Positions 36,990 to 55,881 of a DNA stretch of 64,000 nt are shown piece after piece; positions within the stretch are counted from its first letter, which is position 1; every line of letters starts with the position of its first letter. The notes under the pieces were generated by a model. That model saw only the letters and a list, made by a program, of their open reading frames with translations. It did not search any database and had not been told where the DNA came from. This stretch comes from Mesotaenium endlicherianum (lineage: Eukaryota), in contig WELA01003365.1 in NCBI GenBank assembly GCA_009602735.1, positions 62,001-126,000 of the forward strand, given 5' to 3'. A program made the position numbers and the translations under genes.

Positions 36990-39900
36990 TATGTACGTGA
37001 TGGCAGTGGTAACCAAAACGTGTGTCGTGATTTACGACGACACTCATCTGTGGAAAGGATACAGGAACTGGTAAGCGGAATGTGTTCGAGGGTCCACAAT
37101 TTACTGCATGAAGACAAACAAGTAAGCTAGCGTGGGCGTGCAGGATCAAAAAGAGAGCTATTTGATAATTGATTAGAAAGATAGGATAGCAGGGCGCCAT
37201 GATTCAGTGGGCCATGGCAGGTTGCAATGAGGCAAGATAGGCCAAGTTTGGTCTAAGTATACTCCGATTGGAAGGATGAGTTGGGACGCTGCACCTACGA
37301 AGTAAGACGTTGACGCCGACGATAGCATGACGAACAACTATGTACGTTCGCTCATGTGAATGCAGGCGCTCTGGCTTGATAATTTGTCGAGGTTGCAGAG
37401 CTTGAGTGTTTGGATGTCAATTTCAAAATATAACCAAGAATGAACCAACTTTCAAGAACGGTAGCGCGTGAAGTCTTGAGCCGCCCTACTCTCAAGCTCG
37501 AAGCGGCTTTCAAGCGAAACGGACGAAACAACTTGACACCTCGATCGCAGATTCATAAAATTTGGTCGTGAGAAAGCCCGATTTGCCCCTGTCAAGGTGT
37601 TTCACTCTCAATAACGTTCAAGAACTGCCAAAAAAATAATTGAAGTGTAGCGCCAACGAGGAACACTGTCGCGTACATGCAGTAGCGAATGTGCCTTCAA
37701 GAGCGCTTTTACTGGCTTTTACGATAAAAAAATGGCTAACCTTCAACTCACCACCCGCACTAACTACCTTTGTCGCGGCTGATACTTTTCAGGCTGGCAT
37801 CTGCTCATGCAACTCTACAATTGAACCAGGTCGACAAAGTAGGTGGACCAAGGCACGATCAAGCGTGCGAGTATAGTTTTCTACTGCGACTAGATTGCAA
37901 TAACTAAAGGTCATTCAAGGCTGCGCCTAGTTCACTATAAACTTCGAAGAGCTTTGATAAGTCATTCGAAGATGCTAGTGTTCCAACTAGTACGGTGGAT
38001 TTTAGCTCTTTGCACACTAAAGAGATAGCAAGCTTCTAGGCTCTTAAAAAATAGAGTTAAGAGAGTTCTATGATATTTAAGGAAGGTTGGGAAGGGAAAG
38101 GAATATTTTTGTATAAAGGTGTGGCTTTGTGTCTTACCTTGAGTTTTCAAAAGTAACCTACGGTGAAGCAATGTGCTTGTGTGCTACCAAAAACCAAAAG
38201 TATTAAAGTTTAGATGTGAGGGTCCGTACTTAATGTGAAATTCTCAAGTGTTGACCAGAGTCAAGAGTAGGGCTAATGCAAAGCGATCAAAGTTTGGAAG
38301 ATCTTTAGTAACTTGTGAAAGAGTAAAGATTGTCACGAAGTCATTCTTTATTAACCATGGACGCTTTGCTTGCCTTGCATTGTTCTTGGTGTGCTATTCT
38401 GTGACTCCACATTGCTTTGACATTGCTAGGCCAAGTTGGCCAACTATTTGTCCAACAAGAAAATCAAAATTACGTTTTCCTTGGTAGTCAGCACGTGACA
38501 ACTGACAAAACGGAAGTGGCCTATTAAGGAGCTTATTGGTTGAAGCCAAAGAGCATTGCTTTTGTGACGGTACAAGATGAGCACTGTGTAAAAACAAGAA
38601 TTGAATTTCTGAAGCTGTCTTGGAAGGAGCTTACGACAAGTTCAAAGAGTTGAAAAAAAACTCAAATGAAGAGTTGAGAGCACTCAGGTAAAAAATTGAG
38701 CTATCTTGAATGAGGAACTCGAGGTGCTCGATTGAAACTTCATGACCCCTTTCACCATGTGTGAAGATTGAGAGGAGACCTACAAAAAGAAACTTCATAT
38801 GAAATACTTTAGTGGACGCTCCACAGGCCGCCCTTCGAAGAGTACATATGTGTCTGAAGGAATACCTATGAATTCAGGAATGTGCAACTTAAAATCGCTT
38901 AACTTGGGCGTAGGGAATGAGATTGTTAAGATTGATGATATGTGGAGAAACTGGTAAATTGAAAGGCCTCGACAAGAAAGACACATTCTAGCCATTGATC
39001 AAGATCTTTGTCTCCAACATCTCATGACAAGTTGCAATTGCTTCTTCTTAAAAGAGAGCTTGAAAGAGGTCCAAAGAAATGTGTATGGGGACGCGCCATG
39101 CGTGCTCGACTAAAATGGAATGTGGATGGAGAGAAAACTAGAAGCATCCCCACCAATGTCAAGGATGCATCTAAAAAGTGAGAAGCTTAGAAGAGCAATA
39201 AGAAATACTGGACAAAAATGTCAAAAGGGTCTTTGTATTATCGGCGCCGTCAATATCGTAGTTTGAGTTGACTTTATAGTCTCCTTCCTGTTGCTATTTT
39301 ATCCACTATTGACGTTTGTAATACCTGTTCTAGTCGTTAGCAAAAAGTTCTCTCAAGTATTGTCCCAATGTTAATACAATGATGTAGGAGACAATTGAGT
39401 CTTAATGGATAGAGATGTGGTATGATGCAAAATCTATCTCTCGGAGGGACGTACTCGTACACCTAACACCACCTAGTCGACAAAGAAACAAAAAGTTTCC
39501 AACACCAAATTCGTCAATCAAATTTGGTCGTTTCAACACTTGCACATCTGCAACGTGCATAATGTATAGTATACGTAAATACTTGTATACTAATTTACAT
39601 ACACATTCAAATACATGTATGTATCCGCACACATGAATGATAGACATATAGTAATAGTATTTATTTACTGTGTACTTTTTCTCGTTACACCTTGTAAATG
39701 CAAGATTGCATCTCCATGATATTTGCATTTAGAATCAGAACGATTGTATTGCTCATCAAATGGGTATTATTGCCGTTACACAAGTCCAACCATTCAGGAT
39801 TCCAAAGGCATTCCGCGTAAGCTTTCATCAAGTTCAAGAAACTTATGAATAACTTGAATCTAGCACTTGCCAAGAATGACAAAAGCTCAACTACAGTTTT

Positions 39901-40002
39901 TCACTTTGAGAAGCCTCATCAGAATCGACTTCACGACAAGTCAAGTGCTGAGGAACACACTTGTTTTGTTGAGATGCGACTACAAAAGCAAAAATTATGT
40001 GG

Positions 40003-40004
<2 letters not shown>

Positions 40005-40066
<62 letters not shown>

Positions 40067-40071
40067 GAGCN

Positions 40072-40162
<91 letters not shown>

Positions 40163-40175
40163 GTATGTATGTATG
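40005..40175. repeat. (CT)n / (AT)n compound microsatellite
   Basis: Visible directly; one N at 40071. Confidence 0.95.
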
Positions 40176-41468
40176 AAATAGCAACAAGTATTTGCAGGGT
40201 CAATGATTAGAAATTTCCTAATCTCAAGACATATTGGAGGCAAAATCAGTGGTCATATATGAGCATATAACCATTGTTCACAACAAGCAATTATGTCTTC
40301 AAAATGCAATATGATCATGTGTTGCGTTAGGATGTCTAATCATTTCACGTATTTCAATTCATATAGGTGAATAATGCACATTATGTGCCCCTCACAAATG
40401 CAATCTTGATGTGTCAAGTATACTAAATCTGTGAAGTCAACCCTCCACAAAAATATCAAAACTAAAAGTGTGAAGCGATTTTTCCCCTTCATATGCACTC
40501 TCAATCATAAAGAAGCTTGTGAGACATATCATTTTTGAAAACCTAACACAATGTGTATGATGAATGAAGGCATACAAACGATCACAAAGAATATAATATT
40601 ACGCATAACTGTTCAAAAAAAATAATGTAGAATACTGCTCCTTATCTGAATACATTTCCCTCCAAGTTCTTACGCGTTCAAATGCTTAGATGTATAGATG
40701 CATCTTTTATTGTGAACAACAAGATTCCAGTCCCTTGATATAAGATTTGTGAAAAAATTGGCGAGTATAGCCCATCATCCATGCAGATTATGGAATGCAT
40801 CTAGTTTTTAAATATATGCTTCAGTGACAAATGCAATAAGCTTATTTGCAGCTTCATTGTTGGTGGGCTTCACAAACGCCTACTGTGTATGATGCCAGCA
40901 AATTGGACACTATTCATTTCGTGTGTGAAAAACATTAATGCTTCTGGCTCTACCTTGCAACATGCCCTGGCTGCCACACAAAGGCCACACGTGGCGCAAC
41001 TTGTGTACTCGACTTTCCTACCTAGATGTCGCCCCAAAACTTGCTCTATTATTACATACACTGTCAAGTGAGTGAAGCTAACGGGTGCAATTCCGGTCCC
41101 TGGGCCGTCTTGCCTTCTTTCAAGTTTCAACCATGCTGTCTGAGGAAGTCAGGTGCTTTTGTATGGCTTGTCAGAATGGAAACTAGTGGAGCTGACCCGT
41201 CCCTGGCCACAACAAGCCCGATAAGTCATTTCAAGCAGGATCCCTATCTGCAAAGCTGTGCCCCAGCCATCTAGTAACGAAAGAAACAACCGCACAGTGG
41301 GAGCACTTCAAAATTGAAAAGCCCGTGGGCATTAAGACACCATGAGTTCATAAGCAGCCGCCTCGAGGAGCCCCCAAGGAGAAGGCCACCGCGCACGCCT
41401 TGCTGGCAGCTGCATCTTAGTACTCCTGGAAGTTGGCCGCTCCTTGCTGGCGTTCCTTACCTATGGTG

Positions 41469-49138
<7,670 letters not shown>

Positions 49139-51338
49139 CAGATAATGCAGAGTCTCGTTGGAGTCTCCGTGTTCTTATTTTTGGTCTTGAAAAGCACCAA
49201 AAATTAGGGCCTTACGATGGAGTGAATTGCCCACTTATGCTGAAACCACCGTCATGAGCCCACCATAAATTGTTGTTAATATATTATGTGAAGAGAACCG
49301 CCTTTGGTAGTTAACCCTAGACGCCCAAACACCCAAGTAGATATACACGATGGGAAGTTCTCCGTCCACGAGAAGGTGTGCTCAATTGGCTTCCACATGC
49401 TAACGTTTTGAAGTGCTATCCTCCCTCTTACAATTGGCCCCTTCTTTGAGGCCATACGGGGCCTAGATTCTTGGATACCTCTGATGTTAAGACGAAAAGA
49501 CCCCACACCTCTGCCAAGAGCTCTGGGAAGTGCTCTCGGTAGCTCTCGAGGGCCCTCAAGGGCGCTAACTGTTTCTTTGCCAGGTAGCGAGAGGAAGCAA
49601 GCAAACGGTTGTTCGCCAGTGTCACAGGACATTGACATTAAAGAAGGTCCTCCAAAATTTCTCCGATACAATTACAAGGCTACTGGCAGAAATACGGGAA
49701 TTCGTACAAATGCCAGGTTAATGGTTTCCTTTCGCTTATAATCCGTTAAACTCCTCGGTCGCCGAGATGGACAAATTTATCGACGAAGTCAAAGGAAAGT
49801 GCTTACGTGTCGCCTTCTGTTGCTACAAGTAGTTGGTGCCAAAAAAAGGATATACAGTAGAGATTGACATGCAAGCTAAATTGAACGTCAAGCTTTGCTC
49901 TGTTAATACTTGACTTTGATTATACTTCTATTATATCTGTTCAGCTAATTGTATATCGTTACCTGAAAGATACTTCATCTTCCATGACTTTACCTACTGA
50001 TGCTTTATCTTTCTTCCAATGGTGTGAATCGCCAATGATGTATTAGGAGCATATTCCCTACTGCCCACAAGACGTTACACATTTTAGGATTTGAAACATG
50101 TAATACTTCGTTTTTTTGATGTGCTTGTCCAATATGCACTCCTGAAGATAGTACTCAACTTCATAATGTATGGGGATTTGAAGGCCTGGCGGGCAGCTCC
50201 AATATCCTTCATTTGCATGGGAGTCATCACGGTAGCACTTATCCAAGCCTGATGATATATACTACAGAGCATTATGTTTTCTTATTTATGTGAGTATTAC
50301 CAGTGCCCGGTTGCATGTAACAGGAAAGTTTTAATCAACTAGGATCGATTGATGATGGCAGGCACCATTTCGATGTCTTCTTAGCATCCAAACATGAATC
50401 TTCCATATAAATCTATGCACACCGCTCGTGCTAATTGGTCACTAGAGTAAAAAATGACTTCAGGTACACAACATTAGTATCTGCTGAAGCTGATCTTACA
50501 TCAACAACTGAGATGGTGACTAAATGTTTACAGCTAGAAAAAACACACACAAGCCTGGTGACAGTCAGCCACCAGCCTGAACGTCCACTTCTGTATCGTC
50601 GACAATGCTTCAAAGTACAAATCTATGAAACTCTAAGACCAGGCCACAAGAGGACAAGCCTCACCTGCTTTCTCATTCTACTTTTTAATATGTACACCAA
50701 GAACTGCGCTAAAAAGACTAATCCAACCGCAACATCGGTTCAATATACCACAAGCATGCTGTAAGCTACAAGTAATATATATTGCCTGCACCAAGCTTCA
50801 AGACTGTCAGCTGCCGAGGGTGGCCTTGCCTGCTCATGGCGAACAGCAGAATGGAAGGTGGACTTGAAAAGGGGCTTTCAAGTGCACGATGTCAGAAGAC
50901 TCAATCATGGCCACACACATGCGAGCCATCTCAGCTCAAACAGAGCTGACAATAAATAGCAGCCACTTTCACCACGGATCGGTTCTGGGGTTTATAATCA
51001 GGTTCAGGGCTGCAGCTCCGACCACTCACCTCAAAAAGGTTTGAGACGGAGTATTACAACACCAATATAGAATGAGCAAACCTCAACATGATGCCCAGAC
51101 CTACGTGTGTGCCCAGGGACACCAATTGCTCTCAAAAGGCGCATAGGAAACCTTAGGCGCAATCGTTGCCCATTCCCCACAGCAGGCAGACTGACCACCC
51201 CTGACTGGCGCAGGGCATGTCACTAATCATATTGTTAAGAACAGATACAAGTACACAGGCCATCTGCAAGGCTGGTGCACGGCCTCCTCTTGCACCGCAC
51301 CGCACCTCCCCAGCCGTGTCCCCCCGTCGGAAGATGGC

Positions 51339-52820
51339 TCACGCTGGCGCCACCTGGCCTCGGGTGCCTCGGAACACCTGCCTAGCCCCGCCAGGTAACA
51401 AGCACTCGCATCCCGCCTGCACATACTCCGCGTAGCTTCGTATGGGAAGGGAGACAGGTTGGCACTGGCAGAAGAAGGTGACAGCTGTCGCCGCGTCAAG
51501 ACCGGACAGCCCGCCAACGACTGGCAGCAGCTTGCAGCTCCTAAGCTCCAGCTTCCGGAGCGCTGGCAGGCCGCCAACAACGCAGCAGGCGTGCGCGCGC
51601 CTCCTCCCGCCTCCTACCCCTCCTGCCGCCGCTGGGGGGGGCTCCTCCCGCCCCACTCTCAGAGAGGTCAGCCGCTCGAGGCAGGCTAGGCCCGGCCAGG
51701 CCAGCTCGTCATCTGACCAGAGGTCCAGAAAGCGCAAGTTGGGAGCAAAGGCGAAGAAGTCGGGCTGCATGTGCAGCGCCCCGCGCTCCTGCGCGTGCGG
51801 CCGGACCAGCTTGAGGTCGAGCTCCTCCAGGCGAGGGAAGGGGCGCAGCATCTGCGGCACAGCAGGGTCCGTCACCTCCACCGACAGCCGCAGCCTCTTC
51901 AGAGAGCGCAGCTCTCCCAGAGAAGCGAGCTCCCGGGCGCCTGAGTGCCGATCCTCCAGGCGGAGATGGAGCTCCTGCAGAGTGCTCATGACCGCCAGGG
52001 AGTGCAGGAGGTGCCACCTGGCAGAGGGGGGGGCCTTGAGGAAGGGCCCCCCGTCGCAATTCATCGACAAGCTCGAGAACTCCGGCAGCTCTCCTAGCCA
52101 TGGCGGAAGCCGCTGCACCTGGGCCTCTGGCGAGAGCCTGAGGTGAAACGTCTTCAGCTTGGGAGGAGAGACGCGCCCCTGCTGCTGCTGCTGCTCCTGT
52201 TCATGCTGCTGCAGGCCGACAAGTGTCCTGCTAACAGGGACGTGGCCGCCGATGAATGGAATATTGCAATTTCTGAAGCAGCAAGAGTACAGCCAGCTGT
52301 ATTTGAGTGTCAGATGCTCAAGACGAGGGAGGCTCCCAAAATCCACAGCCTCCAGGAAGGCGTGGAGATCTTGCCAGGTGTACTGGGGTGGCCTTGCAGA
52401 CAGGAGGACTCGGAAGCTGAGCTGCAGGGCCTCTAGGCTTGTTCTTCGCGATAGAAAGTATGTGAGGTCATCCAGCGCCTCCCTCCTGTACTCTATACTC
52501 AAGTCAAAGGAAGTCAACTGAGGGAGACCCCCCCTTGCGGCAAGCGTTCTCATGAGCTGGCCTGCCGCAGGCGACCCTCCGTTCAGCTGGATGTGCTTCA
52601 CGCCTCGATACGTCTGCAGAACGTTCAGAGCAGCGTCCACGCTCCCTGTCACGCGCGACAGACTTGCGCTCGTGTAGGAGTTGCAAAGGAGCTCCCTCCA
52701 CTTCCGACACACGCCCATCAACTCTTCTTCCCTGTATCTCTCGGGGAAGGTCAGCCGCAGGCTGCTATGAGGGAAGGTCAGCCGCAGGATGTGCAGCAGG
52801 ATGTCATCCGGCACATCCAT
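51339..52820 (-). CDS. F-box/LRR-like protein, 493 aa, uninterrupted ORF
   Basis: N-terminal VPDDILLHIL...LMGVCRKWRELL followed by many LxxLxL repeats; GC-rich codon usage; acceptor-like TAG just upstream of the ATG. Confidence 0.85.
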   Translation of the reverse strand: MDVPDDILLHILRLTFPHSSLRLTFPERYREEELMGVCRKWRELLCNSYTSASLSRVTGSVDAALNVLQTYRGVKHIQLNGGSPAAGQLMRTLAARGGLPQLTSFDLSIEYRREALDDLTYFLSRRTSLEALQLSFRVLLSARPPQYTWQDLHAFLEAVDFGSLPRLEHLTLKYSWLYSCCFRNCNIPFIGGHVPVSRTLVGLQQHEQEQQQQQGRVSPPKLKTFHLRLSPEAQVQRLPPWLGELPEFSSLSMNCDGGPFLKAPPSARWHLLHSLAVMSTLQELHLRLEDRHSGARELASLGELRSLKRLRLSVEVTDPAVPQMLRPFPRLEELDLKLVRPHAQERGALHMQPDFFAFAPNLRFLDLWSDDELAWPGLACLERLTSLRVGREEPPPAAAGGVGGGRRRAHACCVVGGLPALRKLELRSCKLLPVVGGLSGLDAATAVTFFCQCQPVSLPIRSYAEYVQAGCECLLPGGARQVFRGTRGQVAPA

Positions 52821-55708
52821 GCTCTTCCAAGGAAATTGCCTCAGCTGCTACAAGGTGCGTGGGTGAGAGAAAGAGAGAAAAAAGGGATGACCCTGTCCAC
52901 ACACACAGCAGTGACATGAAATGAAACTTTGCACTAGTCTGCCAAAGAACTTAGTGCCATCTGGGTGCATATGCATAGACGTGCCATCTCCTGCCTGCTA
53001 GTGCTCTTACTCTTCCTCGCCCCCTTGACCATTCTAATCTGTTGGACCCACTTGGCCGCAGAAATGTCTAGCACCTTGGTACAACTCATGAAACTATGTA
53101 ACACCAGGAGCCACAGCTGAAGGTATTCAGTTTGAGGGGACTTATATCATGCAGACAAACACTGAATAAAATCCCAAATTAAGTGGGACAGACTCTACAC
53201 GCACATTTTTACCATGGCAACTTCAATTTAGGGTTATATAGGGCTTGAGCTTGGGGTAATATTGTTCTGGACCAGGTTCAGAATAGTGCGGTGCCTGACA
53301 AGGACTAAGAAGATATATGCTTGAATAAACTCGTTGAACGTCAGAGTGGACATGGCTCATGTGCTACACCCTCTCCCCCTGTGCCACAGTGTCGCAACCA
53401 TCAGAGAAACTGGACAAAATTGCTTGTCCCTCATCCTCTTGTCCATAACACACTATTAACGTTTCATAAACATTGCACTGGAGAGGTGGCGAGCAGTACC
53501 TTCAGGGCGGTGGCCAGCAGCGTCCCTCTTTCTTTCAACTCCGAGCTCAAGAAGATACCCCTTAGCTTAAAACTACATGAAATGTCACGAACCCTTCTTG
53601 TTACTGTATGCTCCGCAAACTCATGCAGCACCAAGTCTATTGCACTGTGAAGGAGCTGTTCACTTGAAGATGCGTCCTACTTTCAGATCATAAACCGCTC
53701 AATCCAGAGATGTGCGACCTCCTGTGTGCCCTCAGGTGGAAAGTATCCTTCTTAAAAAGCGAACGCCCATGTTAAAAGTGTTGTACAAACGTCTGAGGCT
53801 GGATTATGAAGTGTATGCATTCATTGCAAGTCTGTACCAACAAATTCCAATTGCTCCCATGCCACTTGCCTTAATTAGCAGAAATGTGGCTAATAAAAAG
53901 ATCCACATGTTGTGCGTCAATTTGCGTGTGATACACTGTATGTCCAGTACGGAAAGTTGAGCGCGCAGAGTTGGTCTTCATGATCGACGCTGCACCGAGG
54001 AGCTATTTGAGGCATGGGGTGGAAACTGGCGCTAATTTTCCGAGGTTTTGAATTCGGAGCCTTGAATTTTTGAATCTTGTCTCTAATTTCCCAAGTTTGA
54101 TTTCAGGTCGCTATTAATGACATACTTGTTTCATCAAGGTCACTAATTCACTGTGCTAATTTTGACATTCTGATTTTGGGCGCTAATTCACCCGGATTCT
54201 CGAAGGGAGTTTCGCGCCCCCATGATTTGAGGTGATTTGGGGTACTCTGGTGCTACGTGGGGCAACGGGGGTGTTAGCTAAAATCTCGCGTAGTCTAGCT
54301 TGCAATCGGAAATTTGGAAAAGCTTCGCAATGCGAAGATACGTGTATTTTCATATTGTGTTTTTGCTCTAATATGGAACGGCGTATGCTGCTAGGATATT
54401 CACAAGCTGGCCTCTATTACTGTTCTAAGCTCGGGTACTAACAGGGTCCATACAAGGAAAAGAAAAAGAGGTGATGAGTTTCATAAAAGTGGAGCGAACG
54501 TACTCCATGAGTACACAATACGGTCTACACGCCGTCGTTGTCAAGCAAGCTTATGCTGACATGCCACCACATGTCACCTGAGCACTCGACGAGCAAGTTG
54601 TAGGCTTTGGTTGGCTTGTAATTTTTTGGAAAGGCTTGAATGGAGATGCAATTACCGATTAGGCCTAATCGAATGGACACAAACAGCCTAGTGGAATGAT
54701 CAGAATCGCAGCAGTCTGCGGCACGAACCACACTCGAACAAACTTGGATGTATACAAATTAAAGCCAGCGAGGACTCGAGAGCACTCGAGAGTCCAGACT
54801 CCAGAGTCGATAGGCGAGACTTGAGTCAGAGAGAACCAGAGTGCTCCTCCACTGGTCAGTAATCCATAGGCATCAGGCATGATTAATCGAGGGCCTAGAG
54901 GACTGAGCGGAACTAGGCGGTACCCAACCACATGTTTAACCATGTGACACGTTGAAGGCTTGTTGACGCAGTTGACGCTCATACTATGAGGATCGGTGAG
55001 GTGGGTGAGGTACCATTCGTCGGTTGCCGGAAATGTATCACAAGTCAGACCTGAGCCAGACCTCACCCGAGCCAAACATAGAAGCCATAACAAAGCTAAA
55101 CAAGCCAGACCAAGCACATGCATGTGGAGTCCGTATACACCATGATCCCTAGCTCAATCCAGGCTCAATGCTAGCGTCGACAAGGTGACGGCAAACTCAA
55201 GAACCAGCCTCGAACAGCCCGGGCCGTTCTGGCCCAGACCATGCCGGCCAGGCCCAGACCTCAGCCTGAACCGACCTGAACCAACCATACCGCTACAGAC
55301 AAGGCTGAATTTCTGACACACACTGAACACATTATGTAATGGGACGCGGAAAACAGAATATTTAACCTATAACTACCTGACACGCGTTGTTGTGCATGTA
55401 ATGCAATGCGCCCTAGCTAGAGTAAGGCAGAGTAAGCCAGCTTAAGCTAACGTTATTAATCGTTACTACCAAGTAGGTACGCCTTACCTTGTCTTACCTC
55501 ATCAGTACTGATCGGTACCTTCCTGTTCCTTTAGACTTCAAGCACCACATGGTACTGTGTGCAGTATTGCCCCTGGTGGCCCCTGGGTGGCTTTAGCGTC
55601 ACTGCAAGAGTGTCATAGCAAAGTCTCACGAGTCACGAGTCACTTCTTGTGCCTAGTCGATGCCTGCCGTGCCCCCTCTTGAGGCCTAGCTGCCCTCAGC
55701 TGGTGTAC

Positions 55709-55715
55709 TATAAAT
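55709..55715 (+). promoter_or_regulatory. Candidate TATA box of the acetamidase-family gene
   Basis: CTATAAAT about 170 nt upstream of ATG 55882. Confidence 0.5.
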
Positions 55716-55881
55716 GAGGCCCTCAACCGAGATGAAGTCATTGCTCACATTTAACTCCACTAGCGATTACAATTAAGACTGCTCTTCCAGCTGCATTGTA
55801 AGCCCACGGTCGCAAAGTGGAGCTAGGCCGGACCGGAATAGTGTGTAACGCGGCAAGTTGGAACTGGGCTCTGGTATCACG

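Noticed and set aside
54442..55575. hAT-like MITE bounded by CAGGGTCCATAC / GTATTGCCCCTG
   Set aside because: Imperfect 12-bp inverted match, and the flanks (GGTACTAA vs GTGGCCCC) are not a TSD.
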